Below, one piece after another: positions 30,599 to 32,000 of a DNA stretch of 32,000 nt. The notes below the pieces were generated by a model, which saw nothing but the letters and a program-made list of their open reading frames with translations, did no database searches and was not told the origin of the DNA. The position numbers and the translations under genes were made by a program. The stretch is from Xanthomonas campestris pv. campestris str. ATCC 33913 (GTDB taxonomy: Bacteria > Pseudomonadota > Gammaproteobacteria > Xanthomonadales > Xanthomonadaceae): positions 3,656,497 through 3,688,496 of the forward strand of contig NC_003902.1 in assembly GCF_000007145.1 (NCBI RefSeq), written 5' to 3'. Every line of letters starts with the position of its first letter. Position 1 is the first letter of the stretch.

Positions 30599-30754
30599 TC
30601 AAACGTCGTCGTCCTCGATGCTGTCGTCATCATCGATCTCGCTGTCTTGTGCCGGGCCTTCCTGCACAGGGGCATGCGGCTTGCCCGGCGCCTTGACGCC
30701 ATCCGGCGGGTTTGGATCGGAGGGGCCTCGATTGGTGTCGTTGTCGGTGCTCAT
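30599..30754 (-). CDS. 51-aa acidic, Pro-rich hypothetical protein
   Basis: GGGAGA lies 5 nt before ATG 30754. High GC3. MSTDNDTNRGPSDPNPPDGVKAPGKPHAPVQEGPAQDSEIDDDDSIEDDDV. No recognisable family. Confidence 0.4.
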   Translation of the reverse strand: MSTDNDTNRGPSDPNPPDGVKAPGKPHAPVQEGPAQDSEIDDDDSIEDDDV

Positions 30755-30871
30755 GCGTTTCTCCCAGGGCAACAGTGCCACCTGCCCACCGTCGCTCAGG
30801 GTGCGTGAGCCTGACGTGTGATTGATCCGCTGCGCGCGAGTGCGATCGACTGCGCCATGACGGCCCGGCCG

Positions 30872-31213
30872 TTAGGCGGAGGTACGCATGGCGTGTTTGA
30901 GCTTTTCGTTCGAATCGCAGATGTCACGCAGTGAGCGGATGAAGCACATACCCAAGCCGGGCATTTCAACTCTCAGATGCATCGCGCCTTCGCAAGCACA
31001 CCCTTGAATCAAACGAAGCGGCCTTCGGCAAGCTGCTGAGCCGCTGAGCCGCTGAAAACGGCGCAGCGCCGGTGACACAGACGCCTCTCCTGATTGTGTC
31101 CGGCCGTGCAGAATGGCGAGGCGCGCCAGCACCCATGCAGCTGATGCCGCAACAGTGCGTGGGGTTTCTTGCGGCGCATCCATCAACCTATCTTCGCGCA
31201 GCTGTGCGATCAC
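30872..31213 (-). CDS. Hypothetical ORF (weak)
   Basis: 113-codon ORF with only moderate GC3, no clear RBS and no recognisable motif. It may be non-coding or a remnant next to the IS end. Confidence 0.2.
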   Translation of the reverse strand: MIAQLREDRLMDAPQETPRTVAASAAWVLARLAILHGRTQSGEASVSPALRRFQRLSGSAACRRPLRLIQGCACEGAMHLRVEMPGLGMCFIRSLRDICDSNEKLKHAMRTSA

Positions 31214-31415
31214 ATCGATGCGCTCTGGAGCGTTGAGCGGTATAGCAGTCAGGTAACGAGTACTGCACTAGAGAGGCAGTGGAATTAGCTAGTTTCGAAC
31301 CTTAGGCTTATCCATCTTGCTGCCGCTTCCAATGGATCTGCCGCACTATCTTTGATACGCCCAGGGTTTCCTAGACATCTCAAGGCCATGGAAAATGGTC
31401 GATTCGGAGGTGTCT

Positions 31416-31688
31416 ATGAGCAGCAAGCGATATACGGATGAGTTCAAGATCGAGGCGGTCCGGCAAGTGACTGATCGTGGGTTCAAGGTGGCAGAAGTCG
31501 CCGAGCGGCTGGGTGTCACGACGCACAGCCTGTACGCCTGGCTGCGCACGTTCGGCAAGTCTGGCGTGGTGCATCGCGCCGAGGTGGACCAGAGCGCCGA
31601 GGTTCGGCGGCTGAAGGCAGAGTTGCGTCGAGTGACCGAGGAGCGCGACATCCTAAAAAAGGCCGCCGCGTACTTTGCCAAGGGGTAA
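31416..31688 (+). CDS. IS3-family transposase OrfA (HTH)
   Basis: GGAGG lies 6 nt before ATG 31416. MSSKRYTDEFKIEAVRQVTDRGFKVAEVAERLGVTTHSLYAWLRTFGK plus a leucine-zipper-like tail ending ILKKAAAYFAKG. Confidence 0.9.
   Translation: MSSKRYTDEFKIEAVRQVTDRGFKVAEVAERLGVTTHSLYAWLRTFGKSGVVHRAEVDQSAEVRRLKAELRRVTEERDILKKAAAYFAKG
31655..31661 (+). promoter_or_regulatory. Programmed -1 ribosomal frameshift heptamer A AAA AAG
   Basis: The heptamer is in the correct phase with orfA (CTA AAA AAG). The -1 frame is open from here into orfB. Confidence 0.75.
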
Positions 31689-32000
31689 AGGCAAAGTACG
31701 CCTTCATGCAAGCCCACTGCGGGGAATTCAGGGTGTGTGCAATGTGCCGGGTATTGCGGGTCAACCGGTCGGGTTATTACGCCTGGTTGTGCTCGCCCAA
31801 CAGTGAGCGCGCCAAGGAAGATGATCGCTTGCTTGGACTAATCAAGCACCACTGGCTGGCCAGCGGCAGTGTCTATGGGCATCGCAAGATCACCACGGAT
31901 CTGCGCGATCTGGGTGAGCGTTGTAGTCGTCATCGGGTGCATCGGCTGATGCGCACCGAGGGACTGCGTGCCCAGGTGGGCTATGGTCGCAAACCGCGCT
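31661..32000 (+). CDS. IS3-family transposase OrfB (N-terminal part, -1 frame, truncated by window end)
   Basis: The -1 frame reads ...KAKYAFMQAHCGEFRVCAMCRVLRVNRSGYYAWLCSPNSERAKEDDRLLGLIKHHWLASGSVYGHRKITTDLRDLGERCSRHRVHRLMRTEGLRAQ, the HTH_21 region preceding the rve/DDE domain. Confidence 0.85.

Larger units (their letters stand above)
31264..32000 (+). mobile_element. IS3-family insertion sequence, left part (continues beyond the window)
   Basis: orfA/orfB with an A AAA AAG slippery site. GC drops abruptly near 31255. The left end, proposed at TG 31264 (TGCACTAGAGAGGCAGTGGA...), is a guess because the right inverted repeat is not in the window. Confidence 0.8.

Noticed and set aside
31283-31300. 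GGTTCGAAAC on the minus strand resembles a tRNA T-loop, suggesting a tRNA fragment as an integration site.
   Set aside because: The flanking bases cannot form a 5-bp T-stem or an acceptor stem. The sequence lies inside the presumed IS3 left end.

Overview
High-GC gammaproteobacterial chromosome segment whose gene content and order look like Xanthomonas; the genus call is inference from protein families and the GTAG-headed REP repeats. The backbone is mostly housekeeping and type IV pilus genes. On the left are a partial MCP, an rluD-pgeF-DUF4166-DCC operon, bamD, a secreted GH-like protein, nadE and sucDC. The centre holds a complete pil cluster: pilS, pilR, then convergent pilB, two tandem pilins, pilC, pilD and coaE. 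On the right are a ColRS-like two-component pair, rimK and glgX. Small accessory pieces are inserted into this backbone. (1) A triple REP-doublet array brackets a duplicated ~260-bp module at 894-1480. (2) A parDE module abuts the nadE start. (3) Inverted heptamer-repeat arrays fill the pilR/pilB intergenic region. (4) An AT-richer pilin cassette replaces the pilB 5' end, both pilins and pilC. (5) A ~1.9-kb toxin islet lies between coaE and colS, holding a SymE-family gene and a TacA/TacT (DUF1778/GNAT) pair. The SymE-family gene has a long basic N-terminal extension. It follows an orphan-terminator candidate sRNA, a structured leader with repeated GGGAGG/CCTCC boxes, and an ATGA-coupled 23-codon uORF. 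(6) A ~2.2-kb islet lies downstream of glgX. It holds an in-frame-stop-interrupted small ORF, an H-NS-like gene, an orphan DUF2384-like gene, a tiny acidic protein, and an IS3-family element truncated by the window end. My best candidate for something undescribed is the SymE-like locus, whose architecture recalls hok/mok/sok. This is inference and needs RNA-level data. No rRNA, tRNA or CRISPR array was found. Most long ORFs in the supplied track that overlap the genes called here are high-GC shadow frames and were not called.
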